Source: Dehalococcoidia bacterium (GTDB lineage: Bacteria; Chloroflexota; Dehalococcoidia; Lucifugimonadales; JADFKI01). From it: DNA of 64,000 bases. Location: positions 1,109,135-1,173,134 of the forward strand of contig OZ242018.1 in assembly GCA_965204855.1 (NCBI GenBank), written 5' to 3'. Each line of letters opens with the position of its first letter. Position 1 is the stretch's first letter. Positions 1-9,448 of the stretch are shown one piece after another. Made by a program: the position numbers and the translations under genes. Under the pieces are notes generated by a model, which saw only the letters and a program-made list of their open reading frames with translations, made no database searches and was not told the DNA's origin.

Positions 1-638
1 AAGAGATTGGCGAGGAGATTTCCGACAGCCTGAATCGGGTGTGCATAAACGGCGGGAGGGCGCTGGCGATAGTCGAGCGGATGCGCGCGATGGGCGTCGA
101 GGGCGGAGAACCCATGCCAATGGATATGAACGGAATGCTGCCGCAGATAGTCAACACGGGGTGCGAGGCATTTGAAGCGCAGTGGGCGGGCTTCTCGGTG
201 GAGCGCTCGATGGAGTTGGACCCGTCCGTGGGCGAAGTATCCCTGGCTGAGCATGACTTCGGAGAAGCGATAGTCAACCTGGTGTCCAATGCTTGCTACG
301 CGATGATGCTGAAACGTGAAGCACTGGGGGAGGGCTATCAGCCGAGACTGCATGTAACCAGTGGCTTGTCAGAGGAAATCGGAGGGATGGTCGAGGTTCG
401 CGTGCGGGATAATGGAACCGGAATCGCAGACGATGTGGTGGGGCACATCTTCAATCCGTTCTTCTCTACACGGGACGGGGCGCTGGGCGCCGGACTGGGC
501 TTGCCTATCGCGGCCGATGTGGCACGACGGCTGGGAGGCCATCTGACCGTGGAAACGGAGTATGGGGAGTTTGCGGAATTTACGATGACCATACCTGCGG
601 AGGCACCTGAGCGCACCATTGCGATTGGGGCGGATTAG
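1..638 (+). CDS. sensor histidine kinase, C-terminal catalytic (HATPase_c) part; 5' end outside window
   Basis: Frame of ORF 39..638 stays open back to base 3. N box NLVSNACYAM, G1 VRDNGTGI, F box FNPFFST, G2 GAGLGLPI. Confidence 0.9.
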   Translation, partial: EIGEEISDSLNRVCINGGRALAIVERMRAMGVEGGEPMPMDMNGMLPQIVNTGCEAFEAQWAGFSVERSMELDPSVGEVSLAEHDFGEAIVNLVSNACYAMMLKREALGEGYQPRLHVTSGLSEEIGGMVEVRVRDNGTGIADDVVGHIFNPFFSTRDGALGAGLGLPIAADVARRLGGHLTVETEYGEFAEFTMTIPAEAPERTIAIGAD

Positions 639-660
639 GCGAGTCGGTCATCTGCCCGCT

Positions 661-2355
661 CTAGCGTCTTCGCAGGAGAAGGTATGCGAAGGCTATCAGG
701 ACGAGTAGGCTGGTCGCGGCGAGAACGAGGACGAAGGTCATACGCTCGCGCGGCGCGTTCGCGATGGTGTCCAGCGTGTTGCGAATGCGTGGCGCCGCGT
801 TGCCGATTATCGGGATGTTCGGCTGTTGTAACGCGCCAAAGAAGCCTGACGGCGTTGCGGTGTGAGTTGGGGTGGGCGGCGGTGTATTTGTTGGCGTGGG
901 GGTCGGCGTTAGAGTCGGCAGGGGAGTTGACGTCGGGGTAATCGTGTGAGTTGACGTGGGTGTGAGCGTCGCGGTTGGCGTGGCGGTAGGCGTAGCCGTT
1001 GGCGACAGAGTAGCGGTTGATGTGGGTGTTTCGGTCGGCTCCGGTGTCGGGGTGTGTGTCGGTGTCGGGGTAACGGTAGGCGTATCGGTCGGCCTGGGCG
1101 TTGCGGTGTCTCGACGTCTATCCGGACGACTGGCCGGTTCTGTCGTGGATTCGGACTGAGACCTCGATTCCGCGGCAACTGTGCCGATAATTGTAACCGT
1201 TGAGATCATAGTAGCCGTTGGAATGACGGTGAACGTAGGCAAAACGGTTGGCGTTGGGACTGGAGTTTGTGTCGGCTCGGGCGTGGAAGTCGGTCTCGGT
1301 GTGGAAGTTCGCCTCCTCTGCCGTTGCGCTGGTGTGGGCGGAGCTTCTGTCGGCGTTGGCGTAGGTGTTAGCGAGGGCGTGGGTGTGATGGTCGGAGTCT
1401 GAGTAGGTGATGGGGTTGGTGTAGTCGTGGGCGTGTCGGTAGGTGGAGGCGTCCGAGTGGGTGTGTAAGTTGCGGTTGCCACGGGCGTATGAGTTGCCAC
1501 AGGCGTATGAGTGGGCGCGGGCGTTGTCGTGTGCGTCGCGGTAGATGTCGGCGTGGGCGTAATCGTGTGCGTCGCACTAGGAGTCGGAGTGGGCGTTATG
1601 GTAGCCGTAGCAGTGGGTGTCGGCGTCCATGTTGGAGTGTATGTTGCGGTTGGCACAGACGTAGGGGGATCCCTCGGTGGTGGCGGAGGGAGAGGCTCTC
1701 CGTCTTCCGATACGCGCACTTCCATCATTGATGTGCCCACCGCATAATTGCTGAAAGCTGAATTCACACTAACGCGGATGGCTCTGCCGGTGGGGGTCAT
1801 GTCAGGTACCGTGTATGAGACGGCGTTAGTGCCGCTCGTGCCGACTCGAAATGCGAACGCATTGAGTGAGGTGGCGAACGTTTCGTCTGACGGATCGAAA
1901 ATCACCACGCCGCCAAGGAGCCTAGAGCCATCTTCAGTGTCCGTTGCGGTTATGGGGCGGTCGGATGTCAGGGAAATTTGCAGCGACTGCCCCTCTTGAA
2001 TCGGCGAAGGGGAGAGTCTCGCCAAACTTACGACGGGCAAGCCTTGTTTTAGTAGGACTGCATCACCCTCAGGTCGTAGCTCAAGGCTACCTGTTTCTGT
2101 TGCCGTATGTGCGTTCGCCTTTGCGTAGGTTAGTGTGCCATAGGCTACCAGGGTTACAGCGAGAAGGAAGCATGCAACAGCTAGGTAGGCGGCGTGACGG
2201 GAGGAACCGGTTACATGCGCCGCAGTTTGGACGGAACGCCGCCCGGAGTTGAAGGCTGCGCCTATATGTAAATTGAGCAATCGCAATAATAGGCAACAAG
2301 GTATGAGGAACTTAGTCATCACCCCAATAATAGAATCGGCTTGCAGGCTAGGCAA
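661..2355 (-). CDS. Thr/Pro-rich surface protein: N-terminal signal-anchor, ~150-aa globular part, ~330 aa TPTPT low complexity, C-terminal TM helix plus RRR
   Basis: Hydrophobic [19 protein letters not shown] near the N-terminus and [26 protein letters not shown] at the C-terminus. Opposite-strand GV-rich ORFs are mirror artefacts. Start uncertain (M at 2355 or 2319). Confidence 0.7.
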   Translation of the reverse strand: MPSLQADSIIGVMTKFLIPCCLLLRLLNLHIGAAFNSGRRSVQTAAHVTGSSRHAAYLAVACFLLAVTLVAYGTLTYAKANAHTATETGSLELRPEGDAVLLKQGLPVVSLARLSPSPIQEGQSLQISLTSDRPITATDTEDGSRLLGGVVIFDPSDETFATSLNAFAFRVGTSGTNAVSYTVPDMTPTGRAIRVSVNSAFSNYAVGTSMMEVRVSEDGEPLPPPPPRDPPTSVPTATYTPTWTPTPTATATITPTPTPSATHTITPTPTSTATHTTTPAPTHTPVATHTPVATATYTPTRTPPPTDTPTTTPTPSPTQTPTITPTPSLTPTPTPTEAPPTPAQRQRRRTSTPRPTSTPEPTQTPVPTPTVLPTFTVIPTATMISTVTIIGTVAAESRSQSESTTEPASRPDRRRDTATPRPTDTPTVTPTPTHTPTPEPTETPTSTATLSPTATPTATPTATLTPTSTHTITPTSTPLPTLTPTPTPTNTPPPTPTHTATPSGFFGALQQPNIPIIGNAAPRIRNTLDTIANAPRERMTFVLVLAATSLLVLIAFAYLLLRRR

Positions 2356-2611
2356 CAGTTTAGAAAGAGTCCAAATTTCTCAGCGGGAGACGCCGCGATG
2401 GAAGTCCGCGTACAGAGGCAATTGGCTCCGGCAGAGTAATCGCCATGCCTTTACTCGGCTCGAGGCGCACTTTACCATCGTGGGCGGACAATGTAATGTA
2501 CGGTATCGCTGGCGAAAAGAGAGAATGTGACTTCTATACTCGCAAAATCACAAGCGCAATCACCCGTTACGAAGAGTTCCGATCGGCACTGTCGGGAGAG
2601 CGGCGTACTAA

Positions 2612-3547
2612 TTGCGTAATTCCGACGAAGAGATACGCCGCCCCGCGGGGCTGATTCCCAGCGGATTCGCGCTGCTTCTCGCGACGCTGTGGGGCGGCAA
2701 CAACGTCAGCCTCAAAGCCTCGCTCGGCTACGGGGAGCCGATGCAGGTTGGGTGGATGCGGTTCGTGCTGGGAGGAGCCGTAACGCTCGCTTACATGCTT
2801 GCCAGACGGGAGTCGCTGTCGGTATCCCGACACGAAATCAGACCCCTGCTTGCGCTGGGGGCGCTCTTCTCTGTCCAGCTCATCATAATGAATGTGGGGC
2901 AAGACCTCACTTCCGCAGGGCACGGCGTGGCGCTGAACTCCACCTTGCCTATATGGACGGCGACGCTCGCGAGGTTCTTCATCCCTTCGGACAGGCTGAC
3001 CATGTGGAAGGCATTCGCGCTGCTGCTGTCGTACGCGGGCGTACTCGTGGTCGTTTTGGGGGACACAGGTGTCGGGCAGGAAGGGGTGACGATACTTGGG
3101 GATGTCTTGAGCCTGATTGCCGCCGGCTTGCTGGGGCTTCGCATGATTCTCCTGTCCAACTTCGCGCAGAATGTGTCCGAAGGCAAGCTGATGCTGGGAC
3201 AGCTTATGATTGGGACCGTGCTGCTGTTCGCCGGAAGCTATGTCTTCGAGAATCCGGTGTACACGACCGACACGGGATTCTGGATAGCGCTGGGTTATCA
3301 GGGGATCGTAATAGCAGGGTTCGGGTTTCTGGGCAATGCGTGGCTGATGAAGCGCTACCTGCCGTCTTCGATAGCCTTCTTCTATTTCGCGCAGCCGATA
3401 GCGGGTGTGATCCTTGCATGGCTCATACTGGGGGAGGACCCTGGGCGCGGACTGATACTTGGGGTCGCGTTGCTGTGCGCGGGCGCGGCGGCGTATAGCT
3501 GGGAGTCGTACACTGTCGCAAGGCGGGCGAGCCAGAGCAGCGGCTAA
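2612..3547 (+). CDS. EamA/DMT-family transporter (10 TM)
   Basis: Two 5-helix halves. LLATLWGGNNV and FFYFAQPIAGVILAWLILGE resemble EamA repeats. TTG at 2612 is the only in-frame start ahead of TM1. Confidence 0.8.
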   Translation: MRNSDEEIRRPAGLIPSGFALLLATLWGGNNVSLKASLGYGEPMQVGWMRFVLGGAVTLAYMLARRESLSVSRHEIRPLLALGALFSVQLIIMNVGQDLTSAGHGVALNSTLPIWTATLARFFIPSDRLTMWKAFALLLSYAGVLVVVLGDTGVGQEGVTILGDVLSLIAAGLLGLRMILLSNFAQNVSEGKLMLGQLMIGTVLLFAGSYVFENPVYTTDTGFWIALGYQGIVIAGFGFLGNAWLMKRYLPSSIAFFYFAQPIAGVILAWLILGEDPGRGLILGVALLCAGAAAYSWESYTVARRASQSSG

Positions 3548-3617
3548 GGGTGATGGCGCTCCAAGCATGTCGTTAATGGAGGCGCGGCAACGGGGTCCCG
3601 ACACCCACCGCTGCCGA

Positions 3618-3646
3618 TTGTACGATAGGGTGGGCTGGGATATACT
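3618..3646 (+). promoter_or_regulatory. candidate sigma70-type promoter of rel
   Basis: TTGTAC (3618-3623), 17-nt spacer, TATACT (3641-3646), about 50 nt upstream of the rel ATG. Confidence 0.35.
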
Positions 3647-3696
3647 ATAGGTGGACGTTAGTATCCATCTACGGCGCGTTCCAGGCATTTGTAAAC

Positions 3697-5862
3697 ATGG
3701 TTGACGCTCTTCTCGACAAAGCGAAATCTTACCTGCCCGCGGACAGGCTTGGCCTTATCGATCAAGCCTACAGTTTCGCGGCGCAGGCGCACGAGGGGCA
3801 GGTGAGACGCTCCGGCGAGCCTTTCATCGAGCACCCGCTTCAGACTGCGCTGTATCTCGCCGACCTGCGGCTCGATGCCAACGCTCTTGCGGCTGCTCTG
3901 CTGCACGATGTCGTCGAGGACTGCGACGTTTGCCTCGAGGAGATCGAGACTGAGTTCGGCAAGGAAATCGCGGGGATGGTGGACGGCGTCACCAAGCTGA
4001 CCAAGGCGGAGGTTGACGCGGAGGAGGGCCGGAACCGCTTTTTGCTGAATGGCTCCGAGGTTGACCTGGAGCAGGCGGCAAGCCTTCGGAAGATGCTCGT
4101 CACGATGGCTGAAGACATACGTGTGGTGCTCATCAAGCTGGCGGACAGGCTGCACAATATGCGAACTCTGCACGCTCTGTCCCCGAATAGGCGGCGCGCC
4201 ATCGCGAGGGAGACGCTGGAGATATTCGCTCCGCTGGCGCACCGGCTTGGGATATGGGAGGTAAAGTGGCGACTGGAGGACCTGGCGTTTCAGCATCTGA
4301 ACAATGGCGCGTACCAGGAAATCTCCAGCATGCTTAACTCGAAGAGGCAGGAGCGCGAGGAGTACATAGAGAGCGTGCGCTCGCTGCTCCAAGCCGAGCT
4401 GGACAAAGCCGGCATCAGCGCTGAGGTTACCGGGCGGCCCAAGCACATATACAGCATACACAAGAAGACCGAGAAGTATCGCAGGCAGAATCTTGGCGTG
4501 GATGACATTCACGACCTTTTCGCGCTGCGCATACTCGTGGACTCGGAGAAGGACTGCTACCTGGCGCTCGGCGTGGTGCATTCCAACTGGCGGCCTCTGC
4601 CGGGGCAGTTCGACGACTACATTGCCAATCCCAAGGACAACCTGTACAAGTCGCTGCACACCACGGTGCTGTGCATAGACGCGCATCCGGTCGAAGTCCA
4701 GATACGCACCCATGAGATGCATAATCTGGCAGAGTACGGCGTTGCCGCTCACTGGCTGTACAAGGAGGGGAAGACGTCGGATGTAGAGTTCGAGGAGAAG
4801 ATGACGTGGCTTCGACAACTCCTCGACTGGCAGCGCGATGTCAGCAACCCGCAGGAATACGTGGAGTCGTTCAAGACGGACATATTCAAGAACCAGGTAT
4901 TCGTCTATACACCGCGGGGCGACCTTAAAGAACTACCCGCGGGCGCGACACCCCTGGACTTCGCGTTTCGCATTCACACCGATGTGGGACACCGCTGCAT
5001 CGGCGCTAAGGTGAACGGCAAGCTGGTCGCGCTCACCTATCAGCTTCAGAACGGCGACACGGTTGAAATCATGACGAGCAAGGCGGTCAGAGGACCCAGC
5101 CTCGACTGGCTGAATCCTAATCTGGGTTACCTGAACACGAACTCCGCGCGCACAAAAGTCAGGCAGTGGTTCAACAGGCAGGAGCGACGGGCGAACATCG
5201 AGCGGGGCAAGGATATATTCCGCAGGCAGCTGCGCCGCCTCAACATGGCGATGACGGACGAAGAACTTGCCGACGTTTTGAATTTCAGCAGCACCGAGGA
5301 ATTCATGGTCGCGCTGGGTGGCGGCGAGTTGACAGTGGAGCAGGTCGTTGACCGCATCGCGAATCAGGAGATTCCGCCGGACTCGGACTTTGAGAAGATA
5401 TACAGTGTTCCGGCAAGCAGTCCCGCGTCCGGTATCGAGGTGCTGGGAGTGGGAGACCTGCTGACACGAATGGCGAACTGCTGCACGCCGATTCTCGGCG
5501 ACAATATCATCGGCTACATCACGCGCACCAGAGGCGTTACAGTGCACCGTCGGAACTGTCCCAACATCGTTGCGGAGCGCGAGACGGAACGGCTGATACC
5601 GGTGGGATGGAGCAAGGCGCATGAGCTTTATCCCGTGCGTGTGCGACTCGAGGCGCAGGACAGAGTGGGGCTGCTGCGGGATATTACTTCCCTTGTTTCG
5701 GAGGAAGGTGTTAACATAGCCTCATGTGTGTCGGAAGAAGAGAAGGACATTAGTGTCGTTTCTCTGACCGTTTATGTTGACGGAATCAGCCAGTTGAACC
5801 GCCTGTTCTCGAAGATGGAGAGCGTGCGCGGCGTAATTGGCGTAAGCAGAGCGAGAGTATAA
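3697..5862 (+). CDS. rel: bifunctional (p)ppGpp synthetase/hydrolase RelA/SpoT family
   Basis: HD hydrolase (HEGQVRRSGEPFIEHPL, LLHDVVED), synthetase (RPKHIYSIHKKT, DLFALRILV), TGS (VFVYTPRGDLKELPAGATPLDFAF) and C-terminal ACT-like domain. Confidence 0.97.
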   Translation: MVDALLDKAKSYLPADRLGLIDQAYSFAAQAHEGQVRRSGEPFIEHPLQTALYLADLRLDANALAAALLHDVVEDCDVCLEEIETEFGKEIAGMVDGVTKLTKAEVDAEEGRNRFLLNGSEVDLEQAASLRKMLVTMAEDIRVVLIKLADRLHNMRTLHALSPNRRRAIARETLEIFAPLAHRLGIWEVKWRLEDLAFQHLNNGAYQEISSMLNSKRQEREEYIESVRSLLQAELDKAGISAEVTGRPKHIYSIHKKTEKYRRQNLGVDDIHDLFALRILVDSEKDCYLALGVVHSNWRPLPGQFDDYIANPKDNLYKSLHTTVLCIDAHPVEVQIRTHEMHNLAEYGVAAHWLYKEGKTSDVEFEEKMTWLRQLLDWQRDVSNPQEYVESFKTDIFKNQVFVYTPRGDLKELPAGATPLDFAFRIHTDVGHRCIGAKVNGKLVALTYQLQNGDTVEIMTSKAVRGPSLDWLNPNLGYLNTNSARTKVRQWFNRQERRANIERGKDIFRRQLRRLNMAMTDEELADVLNFSSTEEFMVALGGGELTVEQVVDRIANQEIPPDSDFEKIYSVPASSPASGIEVLGVGDLLTRMANCCTPILGDNIIGYITRTRGVTVHRRNCPNIVAERETERLIPVGWSKAHELYPVRVRLEAQDRVGLLRDITSLVSEEGVNIASCVSEEEKDISVVSLTVYVDGISQLNRLFSKMESVRGVIGVSRARV

Positions 5863-5892
5863 CGTGGTACGGTGACGGATTTTAATCCGGTG

Positions 5893-5934
5893 TCACCCCC
5901 CATCCTAACCTTCCACCATCAATGGGGAAGGGAC
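5893..5934 (+). repeat. family-A hairpin repeat, copy 1 (forward)
   Basis: tcaccccccatcctaaccttccaccatcaatggggaagggac. Creates the spurious N-terminal extension of ORF 5922. Confidence 0.85.
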
Positions 5935-5960
5935 TTATGAACTTCAGGAGGACGAGAGAA

Positions 5961-6221
5961 GTGCCAAGTGCAAAGTCAGCGCGGGTATCGTTGAGGAAGC
6001 GCAGCAGGAATTTGCCGCTGCGTACTCGCGCGAAGACGGAAATCAAGAAGGCGCGCACGCTCATAGACGCTAATGACCTGGACGGAGCGGAAGCGGCAGT
6101 GAAGTCGGCTTTCGTCGCGCTGGACAAGGCGGCGCAAAAGGGCGCACTGCATGCCAACAACGCATCGCGCCGGAAGTCGCGCATCATGAAGGCTCTGCTG
6201 AAGGCAAAGAGCGCGAGTTAG
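5961..6221 (+). CDS. rpsT: 30S ribosomal protein S20
   Basis: VPSAKSARVSLRKRSRNLPLRTRAKTEIKK...KGALHANNASRRKSR is typical S20. GTG at 5961 follows AGGAGGA (5946-5952). ORF-track start 5922 lies in the repeat. Confidence 0.9.
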   Translation: MPSAKSARVSLRKRSRNLPLRTRAKTEIKKARTLIDANDLDGAEAAVKSAFVALDKAAQKGALHANNASRRKSRIMKALLKAKSAS

Positions 6222-6223
6222 CC

Positions 6224-6250
6224 GACATCGATGTACAGGATGGAGGAGAT
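6224..6250 (+). repeat. family-B CAGGAT-rich repeat copy (forward), 3 nt after rpsT stop
   Basis: gacatcgatgtacaggatggaggagat. Confidence 0.75.
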
Positions 6251-6265
6251 TATGTTCACTTCAGT

Positions 6266-6305
6266 TCACCCCCATCCTAGCCTTCCCCCATCGAGGGGGA
6301 AGGAA
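6266..6305 (+). repeat. family-A hairpin repeat, copy 2 (forward)
   Basis: tcacccccatcctagccttcccccatcgagggggaaggaa; perfect 9-bp stem CCTTCCCCC/GGGGGAAGG with loop ATCGA. Confidence 0.9.
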
Positions 6306-6326
6306 TAATTGTAGGAAGAGAGAAAC

Positions 6327-6674
6327 ATGCTCAGGATGAGATTGAGACGGGTCGGCGCAAAGAATCAGCCGAGCTTCAGGATAGTGGTTGCGGATTCGAG
6401 AGCGGCGCGGGACGGCGCCTTCGTAGATTACCTTGGACACTATAATCCGCGCACGGAGCCGCCGACGGTCGTCATAGACGAGGAGAAGGCCCGGAAGTGG
6501 CTTAGCGTGGGTGCAAAGCCGTCCGAGGCTGTGCAACGGATTATTGACAAGATGGGAGAGCCTCAGGAGGCGGCAACCGCCGAGGCGACTTCCGATGCTG
6601 AATCGGGTGCGGAGTCGGACGCTCCCGAGGCTGCTGAAACGTCGCCTGAAGCAGAGACGACCAGCGCCGAATGA
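6327..6674 (+). CDS. rpsP: 30S ribosomal protein S16 with acidic C-terminal tail
   Basis: MLRMRLRRVGAKNQPSFRIVVADSRAARDGAFVDYLGHYNP is canonical S16. Confidence 0.95.
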   Translation: MLRMRLRRVGAKNQPSFRIVVADSRAARDGAFVDYLGHYNPRTEPPTVVIDEEKARKWLSVGAKPSEAVQRIIDKMGEPQEAATAEATSDAESGAESDAPEAAETSPEAETTSAE

Positions 6675-6901
6675 AAGATATAGTCGAGTACATCGCAAAG
6701 GCTATCGTCTCGCATCCTGATGAGGTGGTGGTTACCGAGGAAGAGGAAGAAGACGGGCTTATCATTCTCCGGCTGGACGTTGCTCCCTCCGACAAGGGCA
6801 AGGTCATAGGTCGTCAGGGCAGGGTGGCGCAGTCCATTCGAGCGGTGCTGCGTGTCGCCGCCGTCAAGGACGGCACAAGAGTCATCCTCAAGATCGACTA
6901 A
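6671..6901 (+). CDS. KH-domain RNA-binding protein (UPF0109/YlqC-like)
   Basis: GKVIGRQGRVAQSIRAVLR is a GXXG KH motif. ATGA overlap with rpsP stop. Conserved rpsP-KH-rimM order. Confidence 0.9.
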   Translation: MKDIVEYIAKAIVSHPDEVVVTEEEEEDGLIILRLDVAPSDKGKVIGRQGRVAQSIRAVLRVAAVKDGTRVILKID

Positions 6902-6922
6902 TTCCCTCTCGTAGATTCGTCC

Positions 6923-7429
6923 ATGCCAACTTCTCGTGAAATCCCGGTGATTGTAGGCAGGATTCGTTCTGCATGGGGGTTGCGCGGAGACGTGAGCGTG
7001 GAAGTGCTTTCAGACGCGCCGAGGCGGTTCGCTCCGGGGAGCATGCTTCGCCTGAAAGGCAAGACTACGCGGGTTGAGCGCTCGCGCAAGGGCAAGCGCG
7101 GCCTTCTCGTGAAACTGGACGTTGCGAACGACCGAACGCAGGCTGAGGCATTGCGAGGGTCGGAACTGACGGTGCTGCCGGGCGAAGTCGAGCCGCTTCC
7201 TGACGGCGTGTACTACCACTTTCAGATTCTCGACATGCGTGTTGTTACCGAAGACGGTGAGCAACTTGGCACTGTATGCGAGATCATCGTAACTGGCGGC
7301 AACGACGTATATGTCGTGCACGAAGATGGACGGCGCGACATTCTGATACCCGCGCTGCCGGATGTGGTGCTGGATGTGGACGTGGAAGCAGGTGAGATGA
7401 CGGTCAGCCTGCCTGACGGCCTAGTCTAG
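6923..7429 (+). CDS. rimM: 16S rRNA processing protein RimM
   Basis: VGRIRSAWGLRGDVSVEVLSDAPRRF N-terminal barrel plus PRC-barrel C-terminus; gene order. Confidence 0.9.
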   Translation: MPTSREIPVIVGRIRSAWGLRGDVSVEVLSDAPRRFAPGSMLRLKGKTTRVERSRKGKRGLLVKLDVANDRTQAEALRGSELTVLPGEVEPLPDGVYYHFQILDMRVVTEDGEQLGTVCEIIVTGGNDVYVVHEDGRRDILIPALPDVVLDVDVEAGEMTVSLPDGLV

Positions 7430-8334
7430 TCAGCCGCTTGTACCGCGCCTATCGCTTTCGATTCCACCTTGAACTCCCCGATTAGCTTGCGCAGTCTTGT
7501 CGCGTCCGCGCCCGGCAAAGCCAGCCTGGGTGGGCGCGGGTCGCCGATGGGCATGCCCACCGCAGCCATCGCGCACTTCGTAGCGGAGACGTACTTGTCG
7601 CCGGCGATGGCGTTCAGCAGGGGAATCATGCGGTTGTAGAGTTGAAGCGCGTCGTCGTGCCTGCCCGCGTCCATCAGGTCGCAGACTGCCGCAGACTCCG
7701 CAGGCAGGAAGTTCCCGATGACCGATACATAGCCCTTCGCGCCTGCCGCAAGCGACTCGAAGGGGTGGTATCCGGCGAAGACGGACACGCTGTCGCTGAT
7801 GCGGTGAATTTCCCGCACGCGGGAGATGTCGCCGCTGGACTCCTTGATGTAGCGCACGTTTTCCAGCGTTCCTAGTCGCGCCACGAACTCCGGTCGCAGG
7901 TCAACGTTGGCGGTGTTCGGGTTGTTATAGACCATGATGGGAATGGAAACGGCATCGCTGATGCGGCGGAAGTGCTCGAATAGCTCGTCCTCGGTGGGGC
8001 TGGAGTAGTAGGGCGAGATAATCATCAGCCCGTCAGCGCCGATTGCCTGCGCCTCCTGCGAATAGCGCACAGCCTTGTCTGTCCACTCGTCAGCCGTGCC
8101 GATGAGCACGGGGACACGGCCGTTTGCGGCTTCCACGACCGTCTCGACGACCTGCGTGCGCTCGGCGTCGCCGACGGACAGGAACTCGCCGGTGCTGCCG
8201 AGCGGGATTAGGCCGTGACTGCCGCTCTCAATCTGCCAGTCAACGAGGCGGCGCAGGGCGGTGGTGTCTATGCCGCGTCCGCCGGGAGTGAAGGGCGTGG
8301 CGAGGACGCTGTGGCTGCCTCGGAATTGCGTCAT
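7426..8334 (-). CDS. dihydrodipicolinate synthase/N-acetylneuraminate lyase family aldolase
   Basis: GLIPLGSTGEFLSV, IMVYNNP and Schiff-base lysine context YIKESSGD. Substrate not assignable. Confidence 0.85.
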   Translation of the reverse strand: MTQFRGSHSVLATPFTPGGRGIDTTALRRLVDWQIESGSHGLIPLGSTGEFLSVGDAERTQVVETVVEAANGRVPVLIGTADEWTDKAVRYSQEAQAIGADGLMIISPYYSSPTEDELFEHFRRISDAVSIPIMVYNNPNTANVDLRPEFVARLGTLENVRYIKESSGDISRVREIHRISDSVSVFAGYHPFESLAAGAKGYVSVIGNFLPAESAAVCDLMDAGRHDDALQLYNRMIPLLNAIAGDKYVSATKCAMAAVGMPIGDPRPPRLALPGADATRLRKLIGEFKVESKAIGAVQAAD

Positions 8335-8345
8335 GGCTTGTGCTC

Positions 8346-8377
8346 CTATGGGGTGAATTAACAGGATGGGTAAGATG
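8346..8377 (+). repeat. composite repeat: family-A fragment (atggggtgaa) followed by family-B copy
   Basis: ctatggggtgaattaacaggatgggtaagatg. Confidence 0.6.
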
Positions 8378-8390
8378 TATTGTGTTGAGT

Positions 8391-9380
8391 TTAGAAGTGG
8401 ATTTTGAATAGGGCTGAATCCAAGCCTACATGCTCTATGATAATTCTTGCGTTGTCGACAAGTTCACGACCACCGAAAAAAGTTTCAAGAAATATGCGTT
8501 CTACTTGCCTAGGTTCATCAAATAGCCTCCCATTTCTATGAATAGGATTGCTATTCATTATGTAGCGTGTTCCCCGCGAAGAGCGCAGAACAGGGCAGTG
8601 ATTTTCGGTAAGAATATCGGCGTCTATAAGCCAGCGTACCGTCTCGGTGGGCACATCCTTCCAGGTTCGGATAGTGGATTGCGAGTTGTCGGGGAACATG
8701 ATTTCCGAGGGGCGCACGCTACCATTTTCCGGCTTCAGTTCTGATAGAAGTATCCACCCTGTGAGGTCGTTGGAAAATTCTTGCGATGTCTGAAAGGCGG
8801 ATTCATAAGCTACTGTCGTTGGAGTGATCGCTTCTACCGTTGTAGGTTTGAGCTCCTCGGACAATTGGCGAATACTGCTGAATACGCAGTCCCATTCTGC
8901 GCTGTTATATTCACCTTGTACGCCTTGCCGCCACAGTTTCAGCACTTCAACACAGGCATCCCTGGGAGATACCTTTAGGTCGAAATGGACTACTCGCTTC
9001 TCATCTATATCGCCGCGTCTGTGAGTTTCGTATATCTCCCACTCATTGCCATTAGTTACAGCGAAATAGTCTATTCCTCCCTCTATGCAATACGAGATTA
9101 CTTGAGTGATGGCCTGTTTTGGCGGAGTGCCGAGGTTTTTTGCCTCAACCATCATCAAGATTTCCCCACCACTGAATAAGGCGTAATCAGCCGATCCTGC
9201 CTCTGTTTTGTATTCTGGGATTACAAGCTCTGGGTCGCTAGTATCCCATCCCAACTCACGCAACAAAGGGTCAATTAGCGCGTACCGAGTCTGGGCTTCG
9301 CTCTGTCTGAGGGTTGCGCCGTGATCGTCTATGCGCGCACGCAAGGTCTCGACCAGTTCGAGCAGGCTATCTAGGGGCAT
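8391..9380 (-). CDS. HsdR_N-type (type I restriction enzyme R, N-terminal PD-(D/E)XK-like) domain protein with unknown ~190-aa C-terminal region
   Basis: SEAQTRYALIDPLLRELGW...PEYKTEAGSADYALF...MMVEAKNLG...FAVTNGNEWEIY matches the HSDR_N/Mrr-like core. Gene is visibly AT-richer than its flanks. Confidence 0.7.
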   Translation of the reverse strand: MPLDSLLELVETLRARIDDHGATLRQSEAQTRYALIDPLLRELGWDTSDPELVIPEYKTEAGSADYALFSGGEILMMVEAKNLGTPPKQAITQVISYCIEGGIDYFAVTNGNEWEIYETHRRGDIDEKRVVHFDLKVSPRDACVEVLKLWRQGVQGEYNSAEWDCVFSSIRQLSEELKPTTVEAITPTTVAYESAFQTSQEFSNDLTGWILLSELKPENGSVRPSEIMFPDNSQSTIRTWKDVPTETVRWLIDADILTENHCPVLRSSRGTRYIMNSNPIHRNGRLFDEPRQVERIFLETFFGGRELVDNARIIIEHVGLDSALFKIHF

Positions 9381-9448
9381 GGACGTTTCCTTTCGCCGTT
9401 GATTGGCGGATTATAGCATGGCGTCGCTGCGGTTATGTATAATCCCCC

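Noticed and set aside
956-1747. Gly/Val-rich + strand ORFs (GVGVAVGV...)
   Set aside because: These are mirror translations of the Thr/Pro-coding repeats of the minus-strand surface protein (ACN/CCN read backwards gives GTN/GGN).
661-2355. Possible CRISPR-like or tandem-repeat array in the repetitive DNA (also considered for 51501-54356)
   Set aside because: The periodicity is in-frame coding repetition (TPTPT units; RCC1 blades). There are no constant repeats separated by unique spacers, and no cas genes are present.
2567-4818. Minus-strand ORFs 2567..3688 (373 aa) and 3658..4818 (386 aa)
   Set aside because: Antisense to the EamA transporter and rel genes, which have strong family signatures. 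Their composition is Arg/Gln/Pro-biased.
5866-5892. Hairpin GGTGACGGAT-ttta-ATCCggtGTCACC after rel, considered as an intrinsic terminator
   Set aside because: It has no U tract and merges into the family-A repeat. The evidence is too weak to call a terminator.
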